DNA of 56,335 nucleotides, filler included, from Sphacelaria rigidula (taxonomy: Eukaryota): the NCBI GenBank assembly GCA_964200075.2. It is 7 parts of 7 records of this genome, joined end to end, with 100 filler letters (N's around TTAATTAATTAA, not from the genome) between each part and the next. Parts side by side here need not be neighbours in the genome. Positions count along the whole stretch, not along the records: positions 1 to 7,963 come from CAXNAA020012821.1; positions 8,064 to 16,026 come from CAXNAA020012822.1; 5 more parts are not named here. One strand, written 5' to 3'. The position numbers and the translations under genes are program-made. Each line of letters opens with the position of its first letter. The stretch's first letter is position 1. The notes under the pieces are model-generated. The model was not told where the DNA came from, did no database searches, and was given only the letters and a program-made list of their open reading frames with translations. Shown in pieces: positions 1-12,741 of this stretch.

Positions 1-855
1 GAAGGATCTGAGGAGGAAGGGGAGGTAGAGGGATTGGAGGGGCGCCGTGGGGTTGAGGAAGGGGAGGGGGGGCGGGGGGGGGGGGGAAGGCGGGATCAGG
101 AAGAGTACCAAGCGGCGGTAGTGCCGGAGGATATGTTGCAGGATAGTATCGATATTTTGAGGCTCAACGGCGAGCAGAGCAGGGAGAGAGAACGAACACA
201 AGCACGGGGGGTAGCGGAAATTGAACGTCGCGACTCAGAGGAGGAGTTGGCGAGCGAAGATGATCTGGACGACGACATCTGCGACGATAATGACGAGGTT
301 GACGATGATACCACATGCTACGATGAGCATGAGATGGACGATGATATTTGCGACGATAACCGCGAGGTCGATGATGATGAGGATGATGAAGAAGATGGCA
401 TCTGCGACGATCATCTCATCCATGATGAAGCGGACATTGACGACGACATCTGCGATGATATTCGCGAGGAAGAATCAGACGAGGAAGACGAAGAGGAAGG
501 CGACAGCGACTGCAAACAGGAAAGGGGATCGGAAGAAACACACGAAGAACATTCGCGAGACATGTATTTTGCACGGCCACTGTTGGGACCATCATCCTCT
601 TCTTCGTCCGAGTCGGTGGGTCGGGGGTCACAACCCACCATCGCCGGATCGGTGCATGGAGTCGGAGGCAGGGTGATGCGAGAGAACAGCAGCGGTTCGG
701 CGGGGGTTAATCACGACAGGCGGCGGGCGACGCCCGGTGATCTTGGGGAGAAATGGAAGGGACTGGGGGAACATTCAGAACGGGCGGAGACGATTAGCGC
801 CGAAGATGTGCTTGAAAGGACAGCGGCCGCTCTTCGTCAAGCCGGCGTGGTTTTG
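1..855 (+). CDS. DYRKP-like kinase, first visible exon (5' truncated by contig start); acidic low-complexity region
   Basis: Frame is open from nt 1 (EGSEEEGEVEG...). It ends at TTG|GTGAGG (phase 0), compatible with the acceptor at 1233. Confidence 0.75.
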
Positions 856-1233
856 GTGAGGGAGTGAGCTGCTCGTATCGTATAGTTTGGAGTGTTCGAT
901 CTACCGTTCACTCATTTTGTTTGCTGGTGCGCGTTTTAGCTATCGCTCTACGGTATGCTTGACCGAAGCGGCTGTAGCCGATACATGATAATCGTGGCCC
1001 CACTCACCTTTATCCATCGATGAACTTACCGCCGAGACTTCGAACGTTAGCTCCCCACCCCGTTTTGCGAGCTATACTGTGTGCACACGTGGCGCTAATG
1101 AAGGTGTCCTATTTGTCCGGTGCGCTAGCACCCCCGAAGCCCGGAGCGGAGCTTCACGAACTACGGTACACACAACGCGCGGTAACCCTCCTCCTTCCCC
1201 TTTCCCTCATTATTTACTTTAAAAATAAACCAG

Positions 1234-2964
1234 GACCCGGCATTGGAAGTCGAGATATCTTCCGTGCTTGCCCGAACTGCCACGCCCGTGCGCCGACCGC
1301 GGCCGCCACCCCCACCACCACCTCGCGCCCGCGAGACGACGGGGCCGACGACTCCTCCCGAGCCGAACCCTGCACATCGCTCCGCGGAAGCATCTCCCAC
1401 CACGCCAACTGCCGCCGCCACCGCCACGGCCGCCGCGGTGGCTGCGGTGCCCGCCACCGTCCGTGGTTTCGTGACGTGGGATGAAGCAGTGCCGGTGGAA
1501 GGGGAAGTGGTGCGCGGGGGCAGTGACGCCAGGGCAGCGGCGACGTCGCCACCCGTGCGAGAACGGGGCTGGACGGTCCCGTCCCCGTACCACGCGTTCG
1601 ACAAGACGTTCATGTCACCTAGATGTTCCGGGGGCAGGCGAGCACCGGTGTTTCGGCTGGATGAGTCGGCCGCCGGCGGAGGCAGTGACGGCAGCGGCGG
1701 CGGCGGTAGTAGTGGTGGTGGTGGTGGCAATACCAAAAGCAGATCTGCCGTTGTCGCTACTGGAAAAACCGCCACTGCTGTCGGAGATGAAGCTAGCGTT
1801 GGGGTTGGAAACGGTGGCGTCATTGAGATATGCAAGACTTGCTCCTGCGGCAGTGGCGGCGGCGGGACTACCTCGATGGTCAAAAATGTAAGCGGCTGCA
1901 GCGGCCCAGGAGGGAACTCAAAAGCGGCCATCATCGCGGCAGGGGCGTTAGCTACAAGGGAGGAAATGATTCATGCGTGGAAGGGGTGCGTGTCTTGTGG
2001 GGCGGCCGGACCCATCGGATTGGTGATTGGAGGAGGGACGGCCACGAAAATGGGCGGTTGCGGTGCCCAGGAGGCGAAGACGGTCGTTTCCATTGCTGCT
2101 CCTGCGGCGACGCTTCCGGCGGCGGCGACGGCGGCAGTCGAGCCAGCAGCCAAAGCTAAAAAGGAAGCGGTTCCTTCCATCGAAGCGATAGAGCGCGTAA
2201 CCGACGAGGAAAGTCACGCGTTCGCCGAAGCCACACGCGCGGCGGATGTCGACGTGGAGTCGGCGGCGGCTAGTGCGGACTTGGCAGCCGCTGTCCTGGA
2301 GGCAGGGAGCGGGCGCCTGGATAGCATTGGGCGATTGAGTAACCTCAGTGGAAGCGGCAGTGGGTACGGCAGCGGCAGCACCAGCGGAGGCGGCACCGGA
2401 GAAGATGAACCCTACCGGCAAGGCAAAAGCGCGGACAATATGGCGAAGGAGGGCAGGTTTCATATCGAAGAAGAATGTGATGACGGAGAAGGTGTTGAGA
2501 GCCCCAATCGCTTCATCGACGTGCCGGAGTGGCGTAGCAACAGTAGCGGGCGACGTCTGAACCAAGAACGTTCTTCTACTCTACCGACGTCGCCTCCACC
2601 TCCGCCACCGCCGGTCATGGATCACACAGCCGTGCAGCTGCAAGATGAAGAGGAAGATCTAGCGTCAAGTACGGTGAGATTCAAGGCCGAGAGGCAGGAC
2701 GGTCCTGTGATAAGGTCGCAAGAGGGTGTGACCAATCACGGTAAGGGTCCTGACGGAGTGATGGACGATGACGATCGAGGTCGAGATGAACATGTCGAGG
2801 AAGTTATGATATTGTACGACCATGAAGAGGATGGTGACGAAGTGGACGAGTGGGAGGATGATCTGGACCCGGGCTACAGGGTCGTGGCTATCTCGGAGGA
2901 GGAGTTTCTTCGTGGAGACGTGCCGATGTCTCACGCCGATCGCGCCGTACTGAAAAGCTCCCCG
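1234..2964 (+). CDS. DYRKP-like kinase exon 2 (Pro/Gly/Ala/acidic low-complexity)
   Basis: Acceptor AAACCAG|GAC and donor CCG|GTAAGA, phase 0 at both ends. Same frame as ORF 1243..3021. Confidence 0.8.
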
Positions 2965-3251
2965 GTAAGATCGAGAGAGTGGTGGCACTCTCAATGCCTT
3001 GATTTTGAGTACTCACCATGACTGATCAAACTCAACGCTATAACGTTTAGGCCAGTCCCGTGCAGCGCGCCACGCACAGTCGTCCGGTCGTTGGTGGTCG
3101 AAACTAGATGGTTGTTGGTGCGAATGTCATGTGACTGCTACTGTTTCTACACTCATGAATTCGCTTTAGCTTCTTGCGAGCTCACGTTGTACACGCTGCC
3201 GCACCGTTCTTGATTTGCACACACGCTCGACTCGCTCCGTAACCCAATCAG

Positions 3252-4818
3252 CACCCCCGTAAGGAGTTCGGCAAGAGTTATGAAGACGAGGATCCCGACG
3301 ACAGTAGCAGTAGAGTCGGCCCATCAGATGGTGGCGAGGGGCTCAGTATCGATAGCCGCACCCCGCCTGGGCCGCACAACACGATAGACCTCCGCCGCAA
3401 GCAAGGCCAGCTACCACCTCCAACCCCGGCCTCGGCAGGCCAGCTACTGCCCCCAACCCCGGCCGCGGCAGTTGGCGCCAACGTTGCCACGTTTTCCTCA
3501 GGATTTTCCGCTGTTGCTCCCAGCCACGGCAGCACTGAGGGACGCCGAAGACTTGAAGCGCTGGACGCGAGCGCTGGTCCCGGGACTGATGCTGGCAGCA
3601 CCGGAGGTGATGGTCTCGCAAGCAGAGCTGGTACCAGCGGCGGTACCGGCGGCGGAATCGACAGGAACCCCCGTGACAAATTTGGTATAAGAAGAAGTAC
3701 GTGGGAAGAGAGCGGTAGCGGTGGTCGCACGTCCTTCGGCGACTTCGGCGAAATGAGGGAATATGACACTGACGATGAGGATGAAGAGCAGCCACGTAGG
3801 CGGCACACCGTGTCTGGAGGAGACCGTGATGGTGTGGGAGCAGTGATGGCGGCAGCTAAGCACTTCGATTCGCATGCCGTTGGAAACCATGAACCAGCGA
3901 TATTTTTGCCCCCAGACCTGGCCAAGGAACAGGACGGCGCCGCGGAGAACGGCGGAGTGCGAATCCTTGATCATTACGCGGGTCGCCGGGAGCCTACCCG
4001 CAGCCGTAGTTGGGAATACATGGGCAGTAGCCGGGACGACGGCGGCAGCGGCGAGGGCGGCGGTAGCGGTGGACAGGGAGAGGGGTATCGCCGCGGCAGA
4101 GATGACATTGTTGTGAGCGACAACAGCTTTTCCCGCAGCAGTGTTGCCGCTGCGGGCGGGGAAGATGACTACAATGGCACGCAGTACGAACAGGACCTCG
4201 AACAGGCTGTCGCTATGCTCGATGGTAACTTCGTCGTAGACGAAATCGACAGCGGTAGGGGCGGGGTTGGCGGCGTCGTCAGGTGGGGACAAGACGATAG
4301 TAGCGACGGCCGTGACTTGCTGAACAAAAGCTCTGTAAGCCGGGGAGACGGTGGCCGCATCAGCGGCGACCACAATTTTCCCCAAAGCAGGAATTCGACA
4401 CTAGACGAAAGCAGGAGCGGCGACTTGGGGAGGGGGCATCGTATGCCTCGATTCAATGGCAGCTCTGCCGCGGGTGGCACCAGCAGTTGTGGTAACGGTG
4501 TTGACAGAGGTGTTCACCGGCGCGTCGAAAGTGGGACGAGCGGCGAAGATGGCGATAAACCAGCTGGTGGTTCGGGCGGTGGTAACGGCGGCAGCGGGGT
4601 TTGGGGAAACTCAAGAGCACGGCGGCTCGGGCATCCCTTGGCTTCGGATCTGGGCGAAGGGCGCCTAGCAGACTTGGCCGGTGGTGATGACGACATGTGC
4701 GGCGGTCGGGGCTTGAGGCCGAAGCATAGCTTTGCGTTCACCGATTTTCCTGGTGGAGGTGGACGCGGCGATTGTGCCGTAGAAGAAAGGGGAACAGGCG
4801 ACGGGAATCAAGAAGGGG
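3252..4818 (+). CDS. DYRKP-like kinase exon 3 (Gly/Ser/Asp-rich)
   Basis: Acceptor ATCAG|CAC. The frame is open from HPRKEFGKSYEDED into ORF 3753..5084. Donor G|GTGAGT, phase 1. Confidence 0.8.
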
Positions 4819-5103
4819 GTGAGTGGGTGGTTGTTGTGCTTCAAGTTTCCGAGTGTTATCCTAGCGTCTTTGCCACTCACGTGAGTTCAAATGCTGTTCG
4901 CAACAACCGCAGACCTTCACATATCGGCAAACACAGAAAAAAAGTCGTTTGTACTACCCACCCCCTCCACTCAACCCTTCTTGTGCCACCCTTGCATGTC
5001 CTCCGCCCTGAGGTACTGTGCCCCGATTCCATCTTGATTTTTTTACGCTGTGCGTGCATTTTTTCACTGTGCGTTTTATGTTGAAATACATCAAAACAAA
5101 CAG

Positions 5104-6359
5104 CGGGTGGGAGCTTCGACCCTCAGTCGTCGATTTGGCCCAAGAGCCCAAACGACTTTGCATTCAGCCGCGAGCTAGGCGAAGAGCACGGCCATGACGG
5201 CTTCTTACACCGGCATCATGATCGAGATAACTACCAGCAGGGGAGAGAAAACCGAGTGGGGTTCTCGGAAGGACAGCCGTTGGCGGCGACACTGCCAAAC
5301 GAAGGATATGTTTGTAGCAGCGACGAAGGCCGCGGCGTAATCGCAGGAGGGGCGCGTTGGGCGTCCGTCGTGAATGCGACGAGCCCTGCCGCTGCGACGG
5401 CGTGGCACGGAGACCTCAATGCTCCCAGGACCAATTCCCACCACCCTCACCATCACGACCCCCACGAGGTCTTGATGCGGTTGCGGGACGATGGGTCCCG
5501 TAAGGGCTACCACTCTAATCCCAACCTCACGTCGACGCTCATGTCGGCGGAAGCAGAGGAGGCCGCCGCCGCCGCCCACGCTGCCGAAGAGGGTAGGTGC
5601 CGGTCGCTGGGACATCAGGGTGGTGGACGGGATACCAGCAGCAGCTCGGCAGCCGGCGGCACAGCAATCGGCCTGGCGCACCAACAGCAGCACGTCGGCG
5701 GCGGCTTTGTGCGCAAGTGGGGGGAAGAGAAATATAGCCATGATGGCGATGATGATACGGCAGTGGCGGCGGCGGCAGCGGCGGCCCCCGTCGCAGCATC
5801 AGTGTCGGGGGCTGATGACACCACCTTGGTGAGCCATGGTGCAGTGGCCGCTGCCGCTGCTGCCCTGCGAGTCGATGATCCGGACAGTAGACGCAGCAGC
5901 GACGGTGATGCCGGTAATATTCCTAGAAGGGCCGTCACGGAATCAGAGTCATCCCATCCCCTCCGGGATTTCAGCGCCGAGGCGAGAGCTGATGACGGCG
6001 TCGACGTCGGCGCTAGCGCCGGGAGCGGGGGCGGTGGTGGCGGGCGCGGAAATACGAATATACCCAGAGACTTGCGGCCGAATTCATTGGTGAGCATGGG
6101 CGACGACGGCAGAGATGGATTAGGGAACAGGGACGAAGACGGGGCGATAGGCGGGGGCAGCGGTGGTGGTGGCGGTGTGGGAGTGGGGCGGGAGGGCGGT
6201 CTCGGGCATCATGTTGTCGGCAGTCACGATGAGGAGTTTGAAGAGGAGGAGCTGGAGTCGTTTGATCTGAGAGTGGTGTACGCCAAGGGGCGCACGGGTT
6301 TCCAGGAGAGTAAGGCGTTCGACTGGCCCGAAGGATCGCTCGTTGCTGGTCGTTACGAG
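5104..6359 (+). CDS. DYRKP-like kinase exon 4, ending in the conserved pre-kinase segment
   Basis: Acceptor AAACAG|CG completes a GCG codon. Encodes ELESFDLRVVYAKGRTGFQESKAF...SLVAGRYE, resembling the FxLxxx...RTGFEExKxF...IAGRY segment of plant/algal DYRKP kinases. Donor GAG|GTGTGT. Confidence 0.85.
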
Positions 6360-7312
6360 GTGTGTCAGCGTGTGCGTTTTTGTATGGGGAAGGGGGGTTG
6401 TTTGAGGTTGCGCGTGCCGATGTGTTGGTGCGCGGAGATCAGGAGATTTGTTGTTGCCGAGGAGTGGAGGGCGTGGTTTTACTCATTGAGTACGGGACAA
6501 AATAGGACTCTGGCTTGATCGGTGCAAAGGCCTTTCGGTGGCCGCCGGAGACGATAACGAGCCCCCCGGAGGATGAAAATTCGGAGGATAATACGCCATT
6601 TTGCGTCACTTTACCTCGATTTATGACGGGTTGACGGCCTTCCAAATATATGTATTTCACGCGGGGGACGCTGAAAACGTGATGCAATTGTGCACAAGGC
6701 ATACCAGAGCTTGAAAATATGTACCAGGATACACTCAGTATTCATATAATTCAAATGCAAAATTCACGACTAGCTCAAAAGTACAAATGTATCACAACAG
6801 CGCTCTACCCGATGGACAGAGAACAGTTGAGGTTAAGTTCTACAGGAGCTAAAAACAGGAAGCAGCGTGTCGTTTGTGTTCTTGGTGTTCGGATTCGGCT
6901 ATATTTTTATGTCGACTTGGAGGCAGCAGGTCAACAGCTGCGCTGAACCAGTGGCCGTCAAGTCTCCTGAGACTATTCGGTGGCTCCTCGAACTAAGACC
7001 GGCGGTAGGCTGCCGATGGCCAAAATACTTTTTCGGCGGGCCGCCGTAGTGCCGCACGCATTCATTACCCTAGGTGGGAACGAAACCTTAGTGGGGAAAC
7101 AAACACGGGGTGACGCACATAACCCCTTCGAGTAGGTTATTTGGTCTGAATCGTGCGCGGTTGGCAGTGCTTGAAGCTAGTGCCGTGCAGACGAGGACTC
7201 GCGTTTTTTTCTCGAGCGTCCTAGAGCGCGCTGTCGTAGTTGGTAGGCACTTGCTGTTTTCCGGACAGTATGCTCTTTTGACGCGGTCGTGGAAAATGAC
7301 GGAATAACGCAG

Positions 7313-7489
7313 GTGTGCGGATATATCGGAACCGCCGCGTTCAGCACGGCGCTCCACTGTCGCGATCTGAGGCGGAGGCGGGGGGAGGACTCAGTGTGCC
7401 TGAAGGTCATCAAGAACAACAAGGACTTCTTTGATCAGAGTCTTGACGAGATTAAACTCCTGCAGCGCATCAAGGAGGGCGGAGATCCG
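7313..7489 (+). CDS. DYRKP-like kinase exon 5, kinase subdomains I-III (gene continues beyond the contig)
   Basis: CGCAG|GTG acceptor. VCGYIGTAAFSTALHCRDL...VCLKVIKNNKDFFDQSLDEIKLL contains the catalytic Lys, the helix-C Glu and the DYRKP signature KNNKDFFDQSLDEIKLL. Donor CCG|GTGAGA. Confidence 0.9.
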
Positions 7490-7963
7490 GTGAGATTTGC
7501 TGCAGAAGTGCAGCGCAAACAAGCAGGAAAGCGACGAGAATCATTTTTGCTCCGTACGCGTTGGGATCCCTCTGTCCTGGAGTGGACATCATGCATGCGA
7601 ATGTCGGTGCTGTGATATCAAGGAATGAATTTATAAAATATCTATATGTGTGTGTATGTAGCAGAGCAGAAGGATGGGGAAGAAAAAAATGTCCATTATT
7701 TCCAACTGAAGGAACGCCGGATTGCGTTCCTTTCCGTGCGCGTCACAGCAGCGCTATTTCTTTGAACATATGAAGAGAGATCGGTGTATTATACTGTGTA
7801 TGATGATTGATCATCAGCAGGAGAAGCTGTAGAAGTGCGGGTCGTGTCCTCCCTCGAATATGTCACATTTTCGTACCTGTGCTACCGACATGAGATGGTA
7901 ACAAAAGACTAATGCCGAGATAGCTTCCCCCCCCGCTCCCTACCCCACACACGCACGCCACAC

Positions 7964-8063
7964 NNNNNNNNNNNNNNNNNNNNNNNNNNNNNNNNNNNNN
8001 NNNNNNNTTAATTAATTAANNNNNNNNNNNNNNNNNNNNNNNNNNNNNNNNNNNNNNNNNNNN
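7964..8063. other. Artificial contig linker
   Basis: 44 N + TTAATTAATTAA (stops in all six frames) + 44 N. Confidence 0.98.
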
Positions 8064-8074
8064 AACCGTCTAAT

Positions 8075-8250
8075 CGAGGGGAAGGTGCCAATCTGCTCAA
8101 AACTGTGGGCCCATATTTTCTCGTTGATTAAGCCCCATGTCTAGTAATTCCTATACCTAAGGGAGATAGCGCCAACACTAAAATCTCTATGAAACTCCCG
8201 ATCGATGCATTAAGCGGATGGCGACGAATGTTGGTGTGGAGAACCACAGA
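8075..8250 (+). repeat. Dispersed repeat family C, copy 1
   Basis: GGGCCCATATTTTCTCGTTGATTAA...TGTCTAGTAA...GGAGATAGC aligns by eye with 49540-49790 and 55433-55670. Confidence 0.6.
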
Positions 8251-8417
8251 AGAGTGCCGAATATATATAAAAAAGATGGCCTTTCATTTATTTTTAAAAG
8301 AGGTTAGGCCGTTCTCGAGAAATATGGTCTTCACCATAGTAGAACGCCCTAAACCAGTGAAAAAAATGAAAAAAAAATACTGATCCACATTATTTTGTTA
8401 ATTATGCCTTAGAGAGC

Positions 8418-8790
8418 GCCCACACAAGATTTCAATACACAAACACCAAACGTTGGCCGGTAAATGGCCTGCAAAATATTGTTCCGATTTTCTTCTGACC
8501 CTGTCACTAAACGGCCCATTATACGGCCAATACTTGGAGTTGGACCCTGAGATTTGGTATGGACAATGAGCAGGGCATAATAAAAAAATTGCTGGCGTAC
8601 ACAAGGTTTTTTTCTTCTTTTTTCATGAGTTAAGGGCAATAATCAGTTTTCAGATATCGGTAAAATGCCCTTAACTCATGAAAATAAAACTTGTGTACGC
8701 CAGTAATTTTCTTCATTATGTCCAACTTATTGTCCATACCAAATTTCAGGGTCCAACTCCAAGTATTGGCCGTATAATGGGCCTGCAAAC
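8418..8790. mobile_element. Foldback/MITE-like element
   Basis: Inverted arms at about 8514-8638 and 8665-8783 (GGCCCATTATACGGCCAATACTTGGAGTTGGACCCTGA... and its reverse complement). A diverged homologue lies at 50210-50523. Confidence 0.7.
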
Positions 8791-8822
8791 TGCAGAATCG
8801 CTTCTCGGCTGGCCCAGCTCGT

Positions 8823-8920
8823 AGCCTTCCTCCTGTACGACCCCGGCTGGCGCGTCCACATATACCGATAGGTGTCGACAGGCGTCCAGAATAGATGGGA
8901 CGACAACACACACAACACAC
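8823..8920 (+). mobile_element. SINE family A, 3' fragment
   Basis: CCTTCCTCCTGTACGACCCCGGCTGG...GGCGTCCAGAATAGATGGGACGACAACACACAC, matching the 3' end of the other copies. Confidence 0.8.
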
Positions 8921-9499
8921 ATTTGCTGGGTATGCTTTGTTTATATTTTGTTGGCGAAAGCTTGAGCATCTTCTTCCATGGTAGGATCAGCGACGGGACT
9001 GCGTGGTGCGGTGGGCAACCGAGTTGCGTACACGCTCACGGACAATGCAGGCAATACAAAGCTGCACGTTGTTCAAGTCCTTTTTACTTCGCGCTGTGAG
9101 CAGAGAGAACTGATAGTCCTGGGCTGTCTGCACTGCACGTTGCCCGCTTCTCTTTGAAATCCTACTGTACGAAACATGCATACACGCACCCAAGACACAC
9201 TGCTTGCAAGCAGGGCAGACAGTACAGATTGTGCTGTACACGAGTGACCATGTACCGTTTCACTAATTTCACTGTATTTTTCGGATCGAAAGTTTGAAAA
9301 CTGGCTTGGACACAACTCGACAAAACTGAGCGATTCTCGCTAAAATCACTGCCACCGCCCCATTTTTTCAATCGAAAAAAAAAGGTGTAAATTTACGCCC
9401 TGGAACGCTTCTCCGCACTGCCGGATGACAGTTTTGAAGTCGGTATTGAGAGTAAGGCAGGTACCCAGTACTGGTATTTGGGACACCTCGCACCCTATC

Positions 9500-9812
9500 A
9501 ATACCGACCCAATCGGGTACTTTCAAAACTCCCACCTACGATACCTAAGAAACCACGGTATGTCGAGATACCGGTACCTACCGTACCCCCTCAGTCAGGT
9601 ATTTTCAAATGTCATACCCAAGAAACCACGGTATGTCGAGATACCAGTACCAACCGCACCCGCTCAATCGGATATTTTCAAAACTTATACCTACGAAATC
9701 TACGATACCCCGGTATTTCGAGATGCCAGTACCTACCGTGCCCGCTCAATCAGGTTTTTTCAAATGTCATACCTACGAAACCCTACGCATACCACGGTAT
9801 GAGATAGACCGG
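9500..9812 (+). repeat. Minisatellite, about 4 diverged units of 70-80 bp
   Basis: Recurrent AAACCACGGTATGTCGAGATACC(G/A)GTACC...CTCA(G/A)TC(A/G)G(G)TATTTTCAAA. Confidence 0.8.
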
Positions 9813-10138
9813 TAAATACCAGGCGTACGCTCGGGATGGTACCTTATCTACGGTTCCCGTGCAAAGTATCTCGGGAGCGACGTGAATTTTCTCTCATGTC
9901 ATTTTGGCGAGCGTTGGTCGTGACCTTGGTGGTGGTAGGTTATTAGAGACGACCTGCACCGGGTACAGCAACAGGTTGTGACTCCCCAGAACTCGACGGG
10001 GGAATATGTTATGTTGAACTTTATATACTGTCGAGATTCTGTCACTCAGAGGCTCGGAAATCCGGCTGTACAGATGTACAAGTTTCGGGCCTGCTCCTGT
10101 GACTCCATCATCTCCTGCTACATGCCATACAACTCATC

Positions 10139-10338
10139 CAAGGGCAGGTCGAGTAGAGTATACTCAATTGCGGGGTATTTTGAAATATGTACTTGAGGTA
10201 CTCAAATTTTGGTAGAGTGCCACGAGTCGTACCCAAAAGATAACCAGAGAGCGATCCCTGAACCATATTCCCAATTTGTGTACGACTTATAAAATACCCC
10301 GCAATTGAGTATACAGTACTCTACTAGACCAGCCCTTG
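10139..10338. mobile_element. 200-bp hAT-type MITE
   Basis: TIRs of about 43 bp (CAAGGGCAGGTCGAGTAGAGTATACTCAATTGCGGGGTATTTT and near reverse complement). Perfect 8-bp TSD AACTCATC at 10131-10138 and 10339-10346. Confidence 0.9.
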
Positions 10339-12741
10339 AACTCATCACTCCGCACATGCATGAGAATGGCTTCCACATTCGCCTCGTTTTTTCCTTCCGT
10401 TATCGCTCACGACCAAGAACATCACTCAGGCCGTGTCTTACGCAGCTTCTCATACTCAGAAAATGGAATGTCTGAGACCCACTTCCATGGCAACAAATCT
10501 CGACTTTTTTGGGACCCCGATTTTGAAAAAATCAGGGGGACTCAAATTCGTGGACTCGAAACCGGGGGGAACGTTTTATGGTACAGACGGTACAGTATCG
10601 CAGATTTGTGAAACGGTTCTATGCACACGCGGTCATTTTTTGCATGAGTGTGGTACTGCGTTCTCGTGCATGAAGCCGAAGAGCAGGCAGGCGGTAAACA
10701 ATCCTTCGAGTACACTGTCGTACCTTGATACCCTAGGGTAATACAGTGCGGGAAACTACACCAGGACGGTGCATGATAATGCCGTGTGGTAGTACATGAT
10801 GGCACAGCCGGTATTGCGAGAACAGAGAGCAAATAGTGCGCGAGCAGAGTTCAGTAGTGCAGCGCGGAACATCACCCCTCCAGTACAGCGACTACAGCTA
10901 GAAGAGTACAGTAGCGTTCATTACAGTGATACATACGGCAGTGCAGCGCAGCATAAAATATTACCATCGCCGGAGGGTACGGCGTCAGCACTTATTATCC
11001 GCTTGTCAAACCCCGTGCGAAGTTGCTTCAGCAGCTGGGGCGGGCAGTAGGTATGCCCTGTGCTGTCACGAGATTGTCTTCTGCTGCCATTGCAAAAGTA
11101 TTAAACGCCTCGTACTCTAGCAGTGTATGTCAATGCGTCAATGCACGTACGTCACCTAAAAAAATCGGGGGAAATCGTTCCGAGATCGTGACCCCCCGAT
11201 TTTCCCCGATTTGGTCCAAATCCGTGTCCATAAAATGCGTTCCCCGTTTTTTTTTCCCCCGATGCTTGAAAAAATCGAGATTGGTGTTTGCAACTAAAGT
11301 GGGTCTGAGAACTGCTCTTTTTTAGCCTTTTCATCGCGGATTGGATTGGGCCTTCTCTGAAAGACTTGCTATGCTCACCAATCTAGCGCACTTTTCTGAA
11401 TTTTTGTACGTCCAGTTTGACCTTTAGCGGGATTCTCGATTTTTCTCGGTCGCCCCAAAAATCTTCGAATTGTCAGGGAAAAGTACGCGACTAACATCCA
11501 AGTTTAGATGGGATAGCAACACAACACACAAAAGGGTAAATTCCGCTCACGACGACGCACTTGCCGTATGCATCATACCTGGAGACATTGTCAAAATAAT
11601 AGGCTGCCGCGTCCAGCAGCCAGTACCTATGCCGTTCGCCGTATGCCTCCCGTATCGACTCATCTTGCCACAGCAATGTGATATCCTACCGTCGACCGCG
11701 TCGGCGCGTGCAGCAACATCAAGCGACAACATATTGTTTGAGGGACATTATGTACGTATACGTTGTCAATGGTACGCATAACGACAAAATGGTGGGGGGG
11801 GGGGGGGGACTCATGATGTTAATCTTGCCGTAGTCGTATGACCATTGACCTCGCATCCCTACAAAGCCGGGATGGCGCACGCCGGGTTTTCGCTAGACCA
11901 GGCTTGTTATCGCCAAGCGCGAAGCGCCGCGATGTGCTCGGTGAATCGCATGAAGGGTGAGCTGTATCCCCTATATATGTGTAAAGGTTTTTGGAGATCG
12001 GGTCATAGCAACACAAAATTCGGGAGGGTAGACACTCGGGTATTTATCCTACCCAACACACGCTTGGAATACTCGCACCACAGTTCCTTGTATCAAATAA
12101 AGTGCAAGACTACAGTAGTGCCGAATGCTTGATCCCCTGCGGGATCTGTGCCCTTGCCCCACAGGGGAGAGAAGGAGACGGGACACGAAAGAGTGACTGT
12201 TGTCTGTAACTGCCGATTTCAGCTTTTTTGTCGCTACTCCAGCCTGCTTCTTGCTCTTCTGTAGTTCCGTGCCTGATGAGAGAAAAAACGTGGAAATACC
12301 CCAGTACACAACGCCCCGGGAGTTTGGGCACATACGTAATGTACCAGCTTAGTTTGTCGCCCAACCAGCATGAAACCGAGTTCACCCGGAGAAGATATAT
12401 ATAGTGCTGTTCTTGTAGGGCTTACACTACTTACTGTACGCAACATCAGATTGGCTCCATCACTGCATATATATATATATACTTCAGTAGAGAGGGAGAG
12501 AGATCGTGCAGTGTCTCGTTTATAACTACAACTGCACCAAAGCTTTCTAGATAAAAATAGACAGGACGATAGACAGGGCACTCGTCCTTCCGTACCTTGT
12601 TTGATCAATTGATAGACGTCCACCATCTTTATCCTGAAGGAATTCACGCCGTGGTCTCAATATAGACGTACCCAAGGTCAGCCAAGCGACCGCACTCGAT
12701 AAATCTAAACTCACATAGTTATACATGAACACACAGTCAGT

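Noticed and set aside
1161..6097. Long antisense and alternative-frame ORFs (e.g. 1161..1934, 3498..4385, 3278..3925)
   Set aside because: Shadows of the GC-rich kinase exons. Splice phases support only the plus-strand chain.
8008..8019. Palindromic TTAATTAATTAA recurring every ~8.06 kb
   Set aside because: Always embedded in N runs; an assembly linker, not a biological periodic motif.
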